The notes under the pieces were generated by a model that worked only from the letters and a program-made list of their open reading frames with translations, did no database searches and was not told the origin of the DNA. Of a stretch of DNA of 64,000 bases, positions 52,190 through 64,000 are shown in pieces. A program made the translations under genes and the position numbers. The DNA comes from Squalus acanthias (taxonomy: Eukaryota): NCBI GenBank assembly GCA_030390025.1, contig JASTWF010000207.1, forward strand, positions 186,001 through 250,000, read 5' to 3'. Position 1 is the first letter of the stretch; each line of letters starts with the position of its first letter.

Positions 52190-52470
52190 GACAGACTATT
52201 AACTGTGAGAGGCATCACAACCACTCATGATCCTGTTCTCATCTGATGCTCACACACATGTACTTCCTAGCAGGAGATACTGGATGGAAATCAGGAGTGG
52301 GAACCCTTGATATATTCCCCCCCCATTCTGCAGCTCGGGAGCAATGATGTCAATTGTAGCATCCTTACTATAACATCAATTGGATTAGCCAACTCCGTGC
52401 AACCCAAGTATCAGTCATGGACCTTCCTGGTCTGCATGTCCACATTGGACACATTTACCAATTGAGCCAA
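52190..52470 (-). mobile_element. Old SINE-like repeat (related pieces at ~20350-20540 and ~61800-62260)
   Basis: Minus strand TGGCTCAATTGGTAA...CAGACCAGGAAGGTCC resembles CTCAGCTGGTTAA..CAGACAGGGAAGGTTCC at ~20355-20403. Confidence 0.45.
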
Positions 52471-53746
52471 AATGTTTCTTTTTTTAAATCAACAAAGCAG
52501 TGTGCACACATATACCTGACCTCTGTGGTCTTCTAGTTTAGAGATCTGATAAACTTGTTAGCATTTTGTGTCCATTTCTGTGCAGTGCATTCCCATGGAT
52601 AGATAGAGGAGGGAATAGCCTATAGTGAGGTAAAAATGCATTTTTTTACTTCCTTATTTAGTGCATTCCAGAGATGAACTTGGCAAAGAGAAGTGGTGCT
52701 CAATCATTCCACCTTCATAAAAGCCAGAGCACATTTATTTATTTTTGATGTTAGTGGTTGGTTTGGAATAATAAAAATTCTGCTACAAACATCATCTGCT
52801 AAGTAGGGCAGAGACCTCCTTTGAATTTATGACTCCATTTTAACAGACCTCTCAAAAGATGCATGTTAAATTTAAGCTATCTATAAAAATAAGACTAATG
52901 AGGGTATAGTGTCTGAAAGTATAAGCTGTTATCAATAGGATTGGCAGATTTGAACTGTTGACAGAGCCATATAGAGTTAACTTATTTAGAAATTGATTAG
53001 TTACCACTCAGCAACTTCCAGTCAGTAATGCTTAGTGGTTATCGCTCTTCATCAGAAAGTTATCAGCTTCTGTACGCACCAGTCAAATATTCTGTGTGTG
53101 GTATGGCATAAGATGGCTGCAGGTTGCTTGGAATACAGATAACTGCTGACATGCTTGGACCAATTTACAGTGCTGGAACACCTGAGCTTGTGGTTAGAAA
53201 TATGGGGGGAATAGTGACCCTTTGGCAGCAGGCCTCATCCATCCAGCCCAGGCAGGAGGCACACCACAATGGTAATTACCTTGGAAGTACTATTTTGACA
53301 ACACAGATATGTGTAAGTAATCATTTTCCCCCCACACAGATGAGATGTCACCTGGAGGGCTGAGGAGTATGATCGTGTTTACAGTTCAGCATGTGACCTA
53401 ATTCTGGTTTGATTTAGAACACAGCAGTCAGCAGGATTTTTCATTAAGTTTTAGGCAAGCAGACAACATTTCAAAAGTAGAGGGAGAACTTTACTACTAT
53501 GTTAGATGTGACAGTTGGGAAATACAGAAGTATGCCAAATACGGGACACAATCCTTAACCTTTTCAAAGGCATGTACCTAGTACTCTGGAATGTACTTAA
53601 GCTTAGCTTTGCATTCTTTATTTGTATGATGTTCCTATGCATGAAATGATATAACATAATAATTCAGTCCAGTGGGTACTAAAAGTATTCCTGACTTCTT
53701 AAAAAACGTTTTAAAATGTAAAAATGAAATTATTTAAAAATACTTT

Positions 53747-54351
53747 GGGGGAAAAATTCGGTATTGACCATTTTGGGTCGCTAACATCGCCTGGGCACTA
53801 ATATTAGCGCCGGTGACCGCGAAATTCAGTTTTAGCACCCCAAGAGGGAGGTGGAGCGCTAATTCAAGCATTCTACTTCCTTAGAGCGCGAACCCTGAAT
53901 ATCAGGGCGGTGCGTTCTGCAGCGCTACGCACTGGGCCACGTAGCGCTGCCGCATGGAAGGGCTCTACCCCCTCATTAAAGGGGAGGGCCTAGGCCCACA
54001 ACTCTGCGGGGAACACAAGATTAGTGCCGGGCCGCGACAAGTAAGTTGGCTGATTTCTTTTCCCCCACCTGCCACCTCCCCTTTACTTAGCGCCCTGCAA
54101 GCCTCCTGCCGCTCCATTCCCACCCCCTGAATCGGTCGCTGTCATCACCCGGCGAAAATGGGGCGCTGCGCACGGTGATGATGTCGTCATCGCCTGCGCA
54201 GTGGAACGGGGTGCTACCGGTTACCGCCACCGCTAAACTCCCGCTGAATTTAGCGGGAGTCGTTGGCGGCACCGCGCCTGGGCGAAAAGTCTTTTGCGCC
54301 CCTTTAGTGCCCCCCGGAGGTGCTAATGGGAGGCGCTAAGGTACCTAGCCC
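53747..54351 (-). mobile_element. Harbinger MITE related to 42668/49098, opposite orientation, TTT duplication
   Basis: TTT at 53744-53746 and 54352-54354; CCGCTAAACTCCCGCTGAATTT is the reverse complement of the segment at ~42751-42773. Confidence 0.82.
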
Positions 54352-56129
54352 TTTGGGGGTAAAATACATTTTCTGAGAGAGGAAATGGCAGAAGTTTTTA
54401 TTCACATTTATTTGTTCTGTAAAATGAGACTATAAAAAGACATTCTATTTTATCTTTAACCCTTAAGACTACCCTCTTTTAAATTACTGAAAATAAGTCT
54501 TTTGTAGCAGTGATTCAAAATGACATCAGTGAAGTTTGTAATAAATTCCAATGGTTAACTTGCTACCTTCCAATTTTCATTGCCGCAGTACAAGAGTGCA
54601 AGTTGATATGGGTTCATGGGCATTCGAACTGGGTTAAATTCAATGCTCAAATAGGATTAGATCATTTCTGCAATGGGAGTAAAAGTTAAGGAAATCTGAA
54701 TATTCATGATTTGGAGATACCATGCACTAGATACAGCTTTTATTTTTATATTTTTAATATTTTATCTTCAGATTCCACTGGTCCACACATCATATGCTTT
54801 GACTAAGAAAGCAGAAGTCATGACTATCTCTATGGGTTATTTTGATTTTTGGATAGTTGGTGGGCTGCTGCTTCTAACGACCCAGCTAAAATCAGTAACC
54901 TTTTGGGAAAAGTATGATCTGCATTGAAGCAGGGATTCTGACCTGGTCTCTCAGCATGTGGCACAGTGCATTTGCATCTGTACCATTTAGCCACTGTTCC
55001 TTAATTTAATTTTGTTAAGTGAATTGAAGACCTAACGAAAAATAAGTGATTATTTTTAAACTCTGTATTTATAAAAAGTTATATTATCTTGGACTGAGTC
55101 TGGATAAAATACCTCTATAATAGTGTTATAATAAACATCTGTACTATTTTATGAAATGCTAGGTAGTTTGAACATGTACGTGAATCATGTGCTCATGCTC
55201 TTTGGCTGAAATAATATCTGTTGGTGATTTAAACATTTTTTATGGAACAAAATATGATGGCATTGTTTGCTGCAGTATTAAATTATATATTTGAACTAAC
55301 TTTGGGTGACACTGTTAGCCTAATGTTGCTGGACCAAGGCATTTGACAAATCTTAGTTTGAATGTATATATTAAATACGTAATTATAAATTGAGCTGCCC
55401 ATTATCCATGTATTATACTATGGGTATTGTGCTCCTGAAGTAGATTACAATCATTTAATACACAGTAAGCTCCCACTATAACACTCTGATATATATTTCA
55501 TTGTTTTGCTGCCTTAATTATCAACATCATATAAGGTGTTTTTTGTGGGACTGCTAAAGGCACTGTTATATAGAGGGTCTACTGTGTTTTGTGAAATTTG
55601 GATTATTAAACGGAAACTAATTTCAGGGAAGTTTAATTTTTTCTGCAATGAAATGCATTTCCTTTATCATTTGCAAATGATGTTGCCAAAAGTAATAACA
55701 TCTTGAGGTAATTCTGTTTCATGTCTTGAAGAAAGACTTAGTATGCTTTTGATTGAAAATTTTCATTTTATTTTGCCCTGATTGAGCAGCAGTGTTCCTG
55801 GATCAAGCCAAATAGCATGGCATAAGAAAGAAGAGGGAAACATTTGATGGAGGCAAATAATGAAATGCATCAATTGTGTCAGCACCTTGCTGCAGCCACA
55901 TCTGGCTTACTGTCAGTGTCCCATTAGATTCCTGTGGTTTTATGTGGCAAAAATAATATGCTCTGTAGTTAATGGAATCATGATATTTACAGTTTGATTC
56001 AAAAAAATCATCTTATTTTGCTCAGATCTTTGTCAGGCTTAACTTCCATCTGACTGCAGCCTTGTCTCTTTAAAATTTTACGATTCAGAGATCAATTGTT
56101 CTTTTGATCTATTCTTTTTCTTATTATAG

Positions 56130-56191
56130 TGAATCCAGCAGCCTCAGCAGTAGTGATGCTGGCTTGTTTACCAATGATGAAGGAAGGCAAG
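56130..56191 (+). CDS. GPATCH2: GPATCH2 coding exon 3
   Basis: 62 bp, ttattatag| ... |gtattg; (S)[20 protein letters not shown](G) versus recalled human [22 protein letters not shown]. Confidence 0.96.
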
Positions 56192-58279
56192 GTATTGGTA
56201 CTTTTATTTCCTTCTTTAATGAAACTGCATGAAATTACAATTTTGCATTTCATAACGTGGTATCTAGTCTCACAATACTTAGGTATCTTTTTGAAACCTT
56301 CCATTGACAGTAACACATTAACAAAATCTGGATGAAAATTTTTAGTGATTTTTGGCTGGGGGAGAAGAGAAGGAAGTGGTGGGATTCAAAGTGGTTGCCC
56401 TGAAGTGTGTGTGTTGGGTTGTTTAACTTTTTTTTTTGCTTTCCACTTTAAAAGGGAAGTTTACAAATGAATACCTTAGATATATTTTGTGATTGCAAAG
56501 TACGCTATACAGTGACTAGCAACAGCTAATTGTAATAAAAATACAGGTCTTCAGCACTGAATACCTTACCATCACATCTCAATCCGCACCCCCGCCCCCG
56601 CAATCCCTCCCATAAAAACAGTACTGCTCCACTCCTACCTTTTCTAAGTTGAGAATCTCTGCTCTGGGAAATTCTTTCCCTGTTAATATATCTGTATATT
56701 GGCACAGGCTTCCACTCATGCATTGAAATATTCTGTCAAATGTTGCACGGGTAAGATTTCCAGGTCTAATGACCCAGTCTAAGAAGAGACTCTGCATCTG
56801 ATTAGTGGTGTTTAGGTGCTGAATAATGTAGGATGGAAAATTTCACATGTTGGTTCCCCTCTCTTTATTTCACAATTGTGAAAAATTGTTAGTGATTACT
56901 TTCAGGCTAGTTTTTAAATTAGTACTAAGTAAAATGTTATGAGAGGGGGTGGAGGGGGGCATGGAGGAAGGCTGGACTAATTGAAGTCCACTGTTTTCTA
57001 GGAGAGGGGAAATCGGAGGGCCAGCCATCCAGGCCACTCTTGCACACCTCAACACCATTTGGCAGAATTGATTGGGGTAGGTGCTTAGTGTGAGGAGACT
57101 CCATAAGAGGAAAATGGATCAGACAAATGTCCTTTCCCTCTTGCAAAAAAACCCCCCCACTACATATAAAATATATAGCAGGTGACCAAGAAATAAAGAG
57201 AATACTTTGTGATGACTTGCTCATGTATCCTCCAAGTGCATTTGTTGTAATTGAGCTATCTCCATGGTTGCATGCCACATATTATGTGACTTTAAAACAC
57301 TTTCATGTTTGTGTCTGTAATATTGTATAATCATATTATTAGGACTCCTGATGCTGCAAATTGATCCATGGTGTCATGGTTGGCATGGACCAATGTTAGG
57401 TTCTAATTATCGACCAATCATATTGTTGAAAAATCTTGCTGGACTCTATGATAATAAGGCCTCCTTACAGTCTCGGGCCCTCCCCATTCAGGCCCTCGTG
57501 GATCTTTCTACAATATTTTCTGTCTTCTGCAGAATATGTTAATCCCTCATCAACTTGTATAACTTTAATGACAAAATGTTAATTAGCCATTTTTTTTAAA
57601 TGAACGGTGCAAAATTTTGATTTTCTGCTCAATAAGCTGGTAATGTCTGGTGTGTAATTCAATGCTTTACTCACAGGAGGTGCATTTCATATATATGTCA
57701 TCTGCAGGTGTTTTCTGTCAACTTTTCCCATTCTAAATTCTTATTTCCACATTTAATATGGAAAATGTATTTATAAACTTGTCACACTGTAATTACACCC
57801 TGCCACCAGTGATGGTGCTGTAGCACCACAGTTTTACATCTCCCAGCCTCTCAGCCCGTACTACAAACAGCTCTACTTCTCTGCTTTCCAAATTGTTATA
57901 CATTTTGCTATTTAATTATAAATAATATCAAAGTATTATAGAAAATGAAAGAGTGTATGACTTCAAAATGAAATTACATCTGTACACTCTAGTCCAATTA
58001 TCCCCCACTCTCTAACCCCGTTTCACCTGAATACTACATTTGGTCTTCATTCCCTATATGCAACACCACAGGATAGTAAAAGTCTCGAATATGGTGCACT
58101 TTTTCTCTAAGTGTTACATTTACTCCCCGTAGCACTTTTCCTGTCGCACTTTCCCAAGAGGAAAAATTCAAGAACTTAATTCAGATGAAGTTTATATTGA
58201 GGTTTTTTTTCTAAATAGCGGCTGTGTGTATGTGTCTTTTTATATATGTAATTTTATATAAAATATACATATACACAGT

Positions 58280-59540
58280 GGGCTGGATTTTTCTAACCTC
58301 AGCGGGTCCGGGGCAGGCGACATCTGTGGCGTGTGGGGACCTGGCATCTGTCTTGATCCCGGCCTCCAACAAGATTTTACGATGATGGGGCTTGTTAAGC
58401 CCGCCCTGCGAGGTTTCCGGCCAATTAATAGGAAGCGGGACTGATGACGTCATTTGATGACGCGTCATCAGCCGGTTTCCTTAGAGGGGCCATGTCCAAA
58501 TTTATTTTGACAGTTGTGCTGTCAGTGTTCTGTAGCATTGAGGTGCTGCAAACACTGACAAGCACTGCATAAAGGTGCACGGCTGCACCCAGGCTCTCCC
58601 ATTACTCCCTCCATATGCTTATGGAGGGAATCACAGCACGCAGGGAGGACCTCTTCCCTTCCAGTGGGCGGAAGACACCTCTCCAGGACACCAACGCAGC
58701 CTGGTTGCACATTGCACAGGAGGACACAAGCAGGGATGTCGTCAGGAGGACCAGGCTTCAGTGGCGCAAACCTTTCAATGATCTCAGTAGATCACGAAAC
58801 GTTACTGCAAAGCCACACTCAACTTCATCCTCCTGTTCCACTCATCAGATCCCCATCACTCTGCCTTCCCTACCCTACTCCTGCACATCCTTACTCACAC
58901 CAACTTACCTTGCACCTCCACCCATCCCTCTCTATCTATATTGTCACTTTTCCATCTCACTAGCCACCACTCACCCTCATCCTAGTCCAATCATACCAAC
59001 TAACAATACACAAGGGTAGACACTTGGGTGTTTTAGCCCATGTTCGTGTAAACTTTCTGTTAAAGTGTTGTCAAGCATTGAAATCCTTATTGTCACCACT
59101 TTGCCTTCTTGGGCAGATTTGTGTGCACCTTTGAAAGTGTTTTAGTGAGTTCCAGTAAATGGTGAGACATAATGTCCCCCCTCTTTCCCCCCCCCCCCCC
59201 CCCCCCAATGGTGATGTGTGTGAAAGGAATGGCTTGGACATTGTAGGGATGCTTTATGGTGTTGGTATGGTGCCAACCTGGTGCATCATGTGGCAGCCAG
59301 GGTGAACAATGTTTAGTGAAGTTAATCTGGACATGGTGAGGCCATTGTTGGCGTCCCAGGCAGCAGTGTGCATGGGTGATGATGCCCTCTGTCCAGTGCA
59401 GCATCAGTTGATTACGGAGAAGGTTGGTGTGGATGTTGGTGCTGCTGGTGTGCCTGGTGATGCTGGTGTTGGGGCTTATCGTGTTGGGATTCTGAGGACC
59501 AAGGTGAGATTTTTTCAAGGGCACTGATGCTGATGGAATA
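58280..59540 (+). mobile_element. Harbinger transposon remnant with decayed Myb/SANT-like DNA-binding gene
   Basis: Terminus GGGCTGGATTTT; APRLSHYSLHMLMEGITARREDLFP..AAWLHIAQEDTSRDVVRRTRLQWRKPFNDL is a Myb/SANT (NAIF1/MSANTD-like) pattern. Confidence 0.8.
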
Positions 59541-59570
59541 GACAGGTGGGTAGATGGAGTTAAGAAACAG

Positions 59571-59642
59571 ATCTGCCATGATCTAATTGAATGGCGGAAT
59601 AGGCTCGAGGGGCTGAATGACCTCCTGTTCCTATGTTCCTAT
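59571..59642 (+). mobile_element. CR1 3' tail fragment
   Basis: ATCTGCCATGATCTAATTGAATGGCGGAATAGGCTCGAGGGGC..CCTATGTTCCT matches 29361-29440. Confidence 0.85.
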
Positions 59643-60108
59643 TAGATATTTTTCCAGTGGAAAAGTGAGATTGTGTCTGTGTTTTTGAAAATGATTTGAA
59701 TACAAACTGGATATTAACTTTGAATAGGTCTTCAATTAAACTGAATATCGAACTCATATCGTTGGATACATGAGACAGTTCTTGCAGCTTTCTGAAGGCT
59801 GTAGCCCTGAGTCGCTCCAGATATCACTGGAGGCGATAGGAATAGGAGAGACATATAGAAAGAAAGAGTATGAGGGTTATATGGGGTGGGATGTACAGAA
59901 GAGAGAGGAAATGGAAGTAAGGAAAGACTTACAGAAAGAGGGAGTGAAAGCAATGGGAGTCAGACAAATGGAAATACAGAAACAACAATAAACCATATGT
60001 GAGCCATTCAAAGAGAGACAAAGAGTGGAAGGTAAATAGAGAGAGGAGGAGTTGAAAGTGTTCAAGAGTAGGAGACAAAGAGACATTTACAGGAAGAGAG
60101 AGACCGAT

Positions 60109-61434
60109 ATGTCACCTATATGACTTGGATTCAGCCAGCTGCAAAGACTTTGTGAAATGCATTTGTGAAATATCAACAGCACAATAATGTCGACATTTTA
60201 GTTTTGTCTGAGTGATGCTATGAGAGATCAACTAGTTTTTATTTTGTTCAAAATATTTCGTTCTGTACTTTTCCTTTGAATATTATAATTAAAATGACAG
60301 AATTGTAGAGAAGTTAATTTTAATAGTTATAGCGATCTAAAATGCCTGAATTTTAAAGACTAATCGCTCTTGAGTAAATTCACCAATTTTGCATTCATAG
60401 AGAGCAGATATGGATCGAAGAATTGGCACTATAGTGTTGTAGTCCTGTCTCCAATCTGCACTGTCTTTGAGCACTAGTCCCCATTGGGAGTATGAGATCA
60501 GTAAATTTACCATTATTATTAAATACATCTTTCTATGTTTTGGAAACATAAAATGGTTTCTGTTCAATCCTGTATAAGCTGCCCATTTTGTGAGTTAATA
60601 ACTAACATTCCAGTTTAAATCTTGAAAACTAATTCAAGAATAATGGATACCTTTTCCTAAGCTGAAAGACAGTAATACAGTTCAGCAATTCGGATGACAT
60701 CATTAGCATGGTTTGCTGTCTTATTTTCTTCTGCAAAATAATTAATACCTTGTACATGCTATAATTAGCTTTAGAAGTATTTGCTTTACTGAGTTTTCTA
60801 ATGTAGAACGTGTAGAACAGCTTGCGGGCAATTGATGGGCTACCTCATCCTTGCATGTAACTGTCCGCAAGACATACTTCCATGTCACCAGCTTGGTTCT
60901 TATGTACTTTCTTTAGTAAATGTTTTATTAAATCTATATGCTGCTTCAGCTTTCCAATTGAGAGGGTTAGGGAAAAATAGTGCAAGACAGTCTACATTGC
61001 AGAGTCAAGGTGATCTATTCTGACTTGAGTGAATAGACTTGTTTCCCATGGGAGCAGAAACTCAGATAATATTGCACTTTAACCTACTCTCTGCTCCAAC
61101 CATTTTTTTCAGCAGCAACCATGACCACAAGAATTAACAGTAGGGTTGGAGCGTGTTCCTACTTTGGGCACCCAGTAGGAAGCATTTCCAAGCCGGGTAT
61201 AGCACAGTCACATGCAGAGTGATGCTGCCTCTGCTCTGTCCCAAAGATGTACTTTAATGCCAACCTCAGGACAGTACCAGCTCCACCAGTCTGAATGTTT
61301 CCATTTCTCGTAACCTCTCTGAGTTAGAATGCTAGGTTGATCTGAATTGTGGACATTATTGTGCTGTTGATATTTCACAAACGCATTTCACAAAGTCTTT
61401 GCAGCTGGCTGAATCCAAGTCATCTAGATGACAT
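60109..61434. repeat. 87-bp inverted repeat (60109-60195 / 61348-61434) around a ~1.15-kb spacer
   Basis: The arms differ at about 4 positions by eye; GAT directly flanks both outer ends. Confidence 0.9.
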
Positions 61435-62069
61435 GATAGCTTGCTAATTCACTATGGCACCTAGTCTCCATGATGGCTGGGTTGGAGATTTGGATGCACA
61501 TAGAACAGGAAGCACAGTCCAAATGCATTAGGCCAGAAGAGAGATGGAAATTCTCTTAAAAGAAGTGCATCAGAACAAAGGTGTGAGTAGCATTAATGAG
61601 GGCATTCGTAAAGTCTGAAGAGCAACAGAGGAGACGTGGCATGCATGAGGGAGCATCGGAAATATAGGGGATCAGATAGAAATTGGGGAAAGGGAAAGTG
61701 CAGGACAGAATTGTAAGAAGGGATAGAGCAGGCTAGATGAATTTGTTCAGTGAAATTCCATGGTTTAAATAGCGTGTCCTTCCCAGGGTGTATACACTGC
61801 AGGCCCCTTTTTTCTCATCAGTTTTCTCCCTCCTGAAGGAATTGACTCTTGCTGGGGAATAGTTCACAGATGCCCTCTTGTTCTTAGTCGAAATTCATGT
61901 GAGCTTTAACTGCAAGTGTCAACTGCGAGTCGCCAAGCTTGATTCTGTCCACATTCGATATTCACACGCAAGCACTTCAAGCAGGAGTTGTTGTGATCAG
62001 GAGCTGAGCCCCCGGACAATTTTCCCTTTCCTAACTCAGGGTGCTGAGGCCAATTGTGGCAACACTATT

Positions 62070-62180
62070 AAACAAAAAGCAAAAAACTGTAGTTGCTGGA
62101 AATCTGAAACAAAAACAGAAGATCCCAGAAACACAGCTGATCAGTTAACAGCTGTGGAGGGAACAAGTAATGAAATGTTT
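62070..62180 (+). mobile_element. Decayed arm of the Penelope-derived element
   Basis: AAAGCAAAAAACTGTAGTTGCTGGAAATCTGAAACAAAAACAGAA matches 26901-26945. Confidence 0.7.
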
Positions 62181-62981
62181 GCTGCAGTGGCTGAGATTAG
62201 CTAGCTCAGCGCAGCACAAGCCTAGTCTTAGAGTTACTGGATAAACTTGCTGAACCATTGGAGGGCATATTTGAACTGTAGCTTTAATTGTGAAACGGAC
62301 GATATTTGCTCATTATTTGGCAGGTAAGACAGGCACATCAAATGGGCACATTAAAATAAATAGGTTAATACCTTCAATAAAATAGATAACTAAGGTCTGC
62401 TAATCTTCGCACACTGCAATTTCAAAGCATTTGAAAAATCTTCAAAGGATAAATAAAGGGTGTATCACCATTAGTAATTTTTTTAAAAACCTCTAATATT
62501 ATTGTGCTTTTTGGGGCTAATTTTGAGTTTTTTTTAAACAGTGACTTGATGGCATCATTGGAGGAATGGGCTTAGAAAAGTGATTGAACTCAACATTCTC
62601 AGGAAGCTGCAAAGGACACTTGAAATTACGACTGTCAACATGCTAATGATCACTGATATTAATTCACCTCCCTCACAGATTTAGGCTCAGAAACTCTTGC
62701 GCAGTTTCCCAATTATCTCATCAGTGTTTACCATATATATATTTTAAAACAACAAATCAGTTATAGGCAGAAAAGAAATGAATGTTGATCATAATTCCTT
62801 TTAAAAGTGAACTGATAACAAGACTCTCTTTATCAATTAATCATCTGATAAGGCTCCTCCTTCGCTCTCACTTTTTACATGTTTGTTTGCTGAGATTTAA
62901 ATAGAATAACTTTGTTCCTAACTGCATATTAAAACAAGTAGTCCATGGATGTTTTGAGCATTTTATATACCAGATATATGA

Positions 62982-63305
<324 letters not shown>

Positions 63306-63877
63306 TAAATAATTTTACTTGTTTGCTTGACAGGAGAGTCACCAGTGGCCCACACCTGAACTGTGAAGTGTTAGTCTGTCAATTTTAGGATATTGGAAAT
63401 GTGTGAACTTGGCACTTTTCTTCCTTTTCATGCCTTTGCCAAGTGTATAATTCCTCTAGGAAGGAAATGGATTGAGTAGATCTGCTAGAATCAATAGAAG
63501 GAAGCAAGATAAAACATTGTTTATATACAAAGAGAAAAGGAAGATGCTTTCTTACCATATTTCAAACCTTGCATATTGTTGTTTAATGCTAATTGTATAT
63601 TTTGTTAAAATACTTAATTGATGTTTTGTTGTTCAGTTTACAAATCTGTATGAGAGTATATTATCAAAACATGTTTTCTACTTTTATGTGCTGCCTAATT
63701 TAATTTTAAACCCTTTTTGTGTGTCTAAGCCAGTTTTTGTACATAAGTTCTTATACTTGCTGCATAACAATTAGCCTTTTGACTATACAACTTTTTGTAG
63801 TTTTTCAACCTATAGTAGAGTTCTGCTGTATGTAATAGGATGAATTAATATAATTGCTATGACTAAACTGATGTATA

Positions 63878-64000
63878 AAGAAAGGACTTGCATTTATATA
63901 GTGCTTTTCGCAACCTCAGGACATCCCAAACTGTTTTGCAGCCAATGAAGTATTTTTGAAGTGTAGTCACTGTTGTAATGTAGGAAGTGCGGCAGCCAAT
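63878..64000 (-). mobile_element. SacSINE1-like SINE 3' end
   Basis: Reverse complement of 24845-24965 (GACTTGCATTTATATAGTGC..CAGCCAATGAAGTA). Confidence 0.85.

Overview
Vertebrate genomic DNA, most likely from a cartilaginous fish (inferred from shark-type SINEs, CR1 LINEs and Penelope elements). Two genes sit head-to-head across a ~370-bp CpG-rich bidirectional promoter. SPATA17 (IQ-motif ciliary/sperm protein) has coding exons 1-3 on the minus strand: 25545-25478, 18184-18095, 1314-1233. GPATCH2 has coding exons 1-4 on the plus strand: 25915-25964, 46323-47027, 56130-56191, 63082-63264. All junctions are GT-AG and frame-consistent. The introns are packed with decayed mobile DNA: CR1 and L2 LINEs, tRNA-derived SINEs, Penelope-like remnants, PIF/Harbinger transposase and Myb/SANT relics, and many Harbinger-type MITEs, several nested. 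Most ORFs in the supplied track are LINE fragments or noise. I found no firmly supported new protein-coding system. The best leads are: (i) a short inverted-repeat element carrying a minimal hammerhead-ribozyme motif that was split by a CR1 insertion at the predicted cleavage junction; (ii) an unexplained 87-bp inverted repeat in GPATCH2 intron 3; (iii) inverted L2 copies bracketing the frame-symmetric SPATA17 exon 2; (iv) an RFX X-box at the SPATA17 start; (v) an unassigned old repeat present at three loci. Gene and repeat-family names come from recalled sequences, not database searches.
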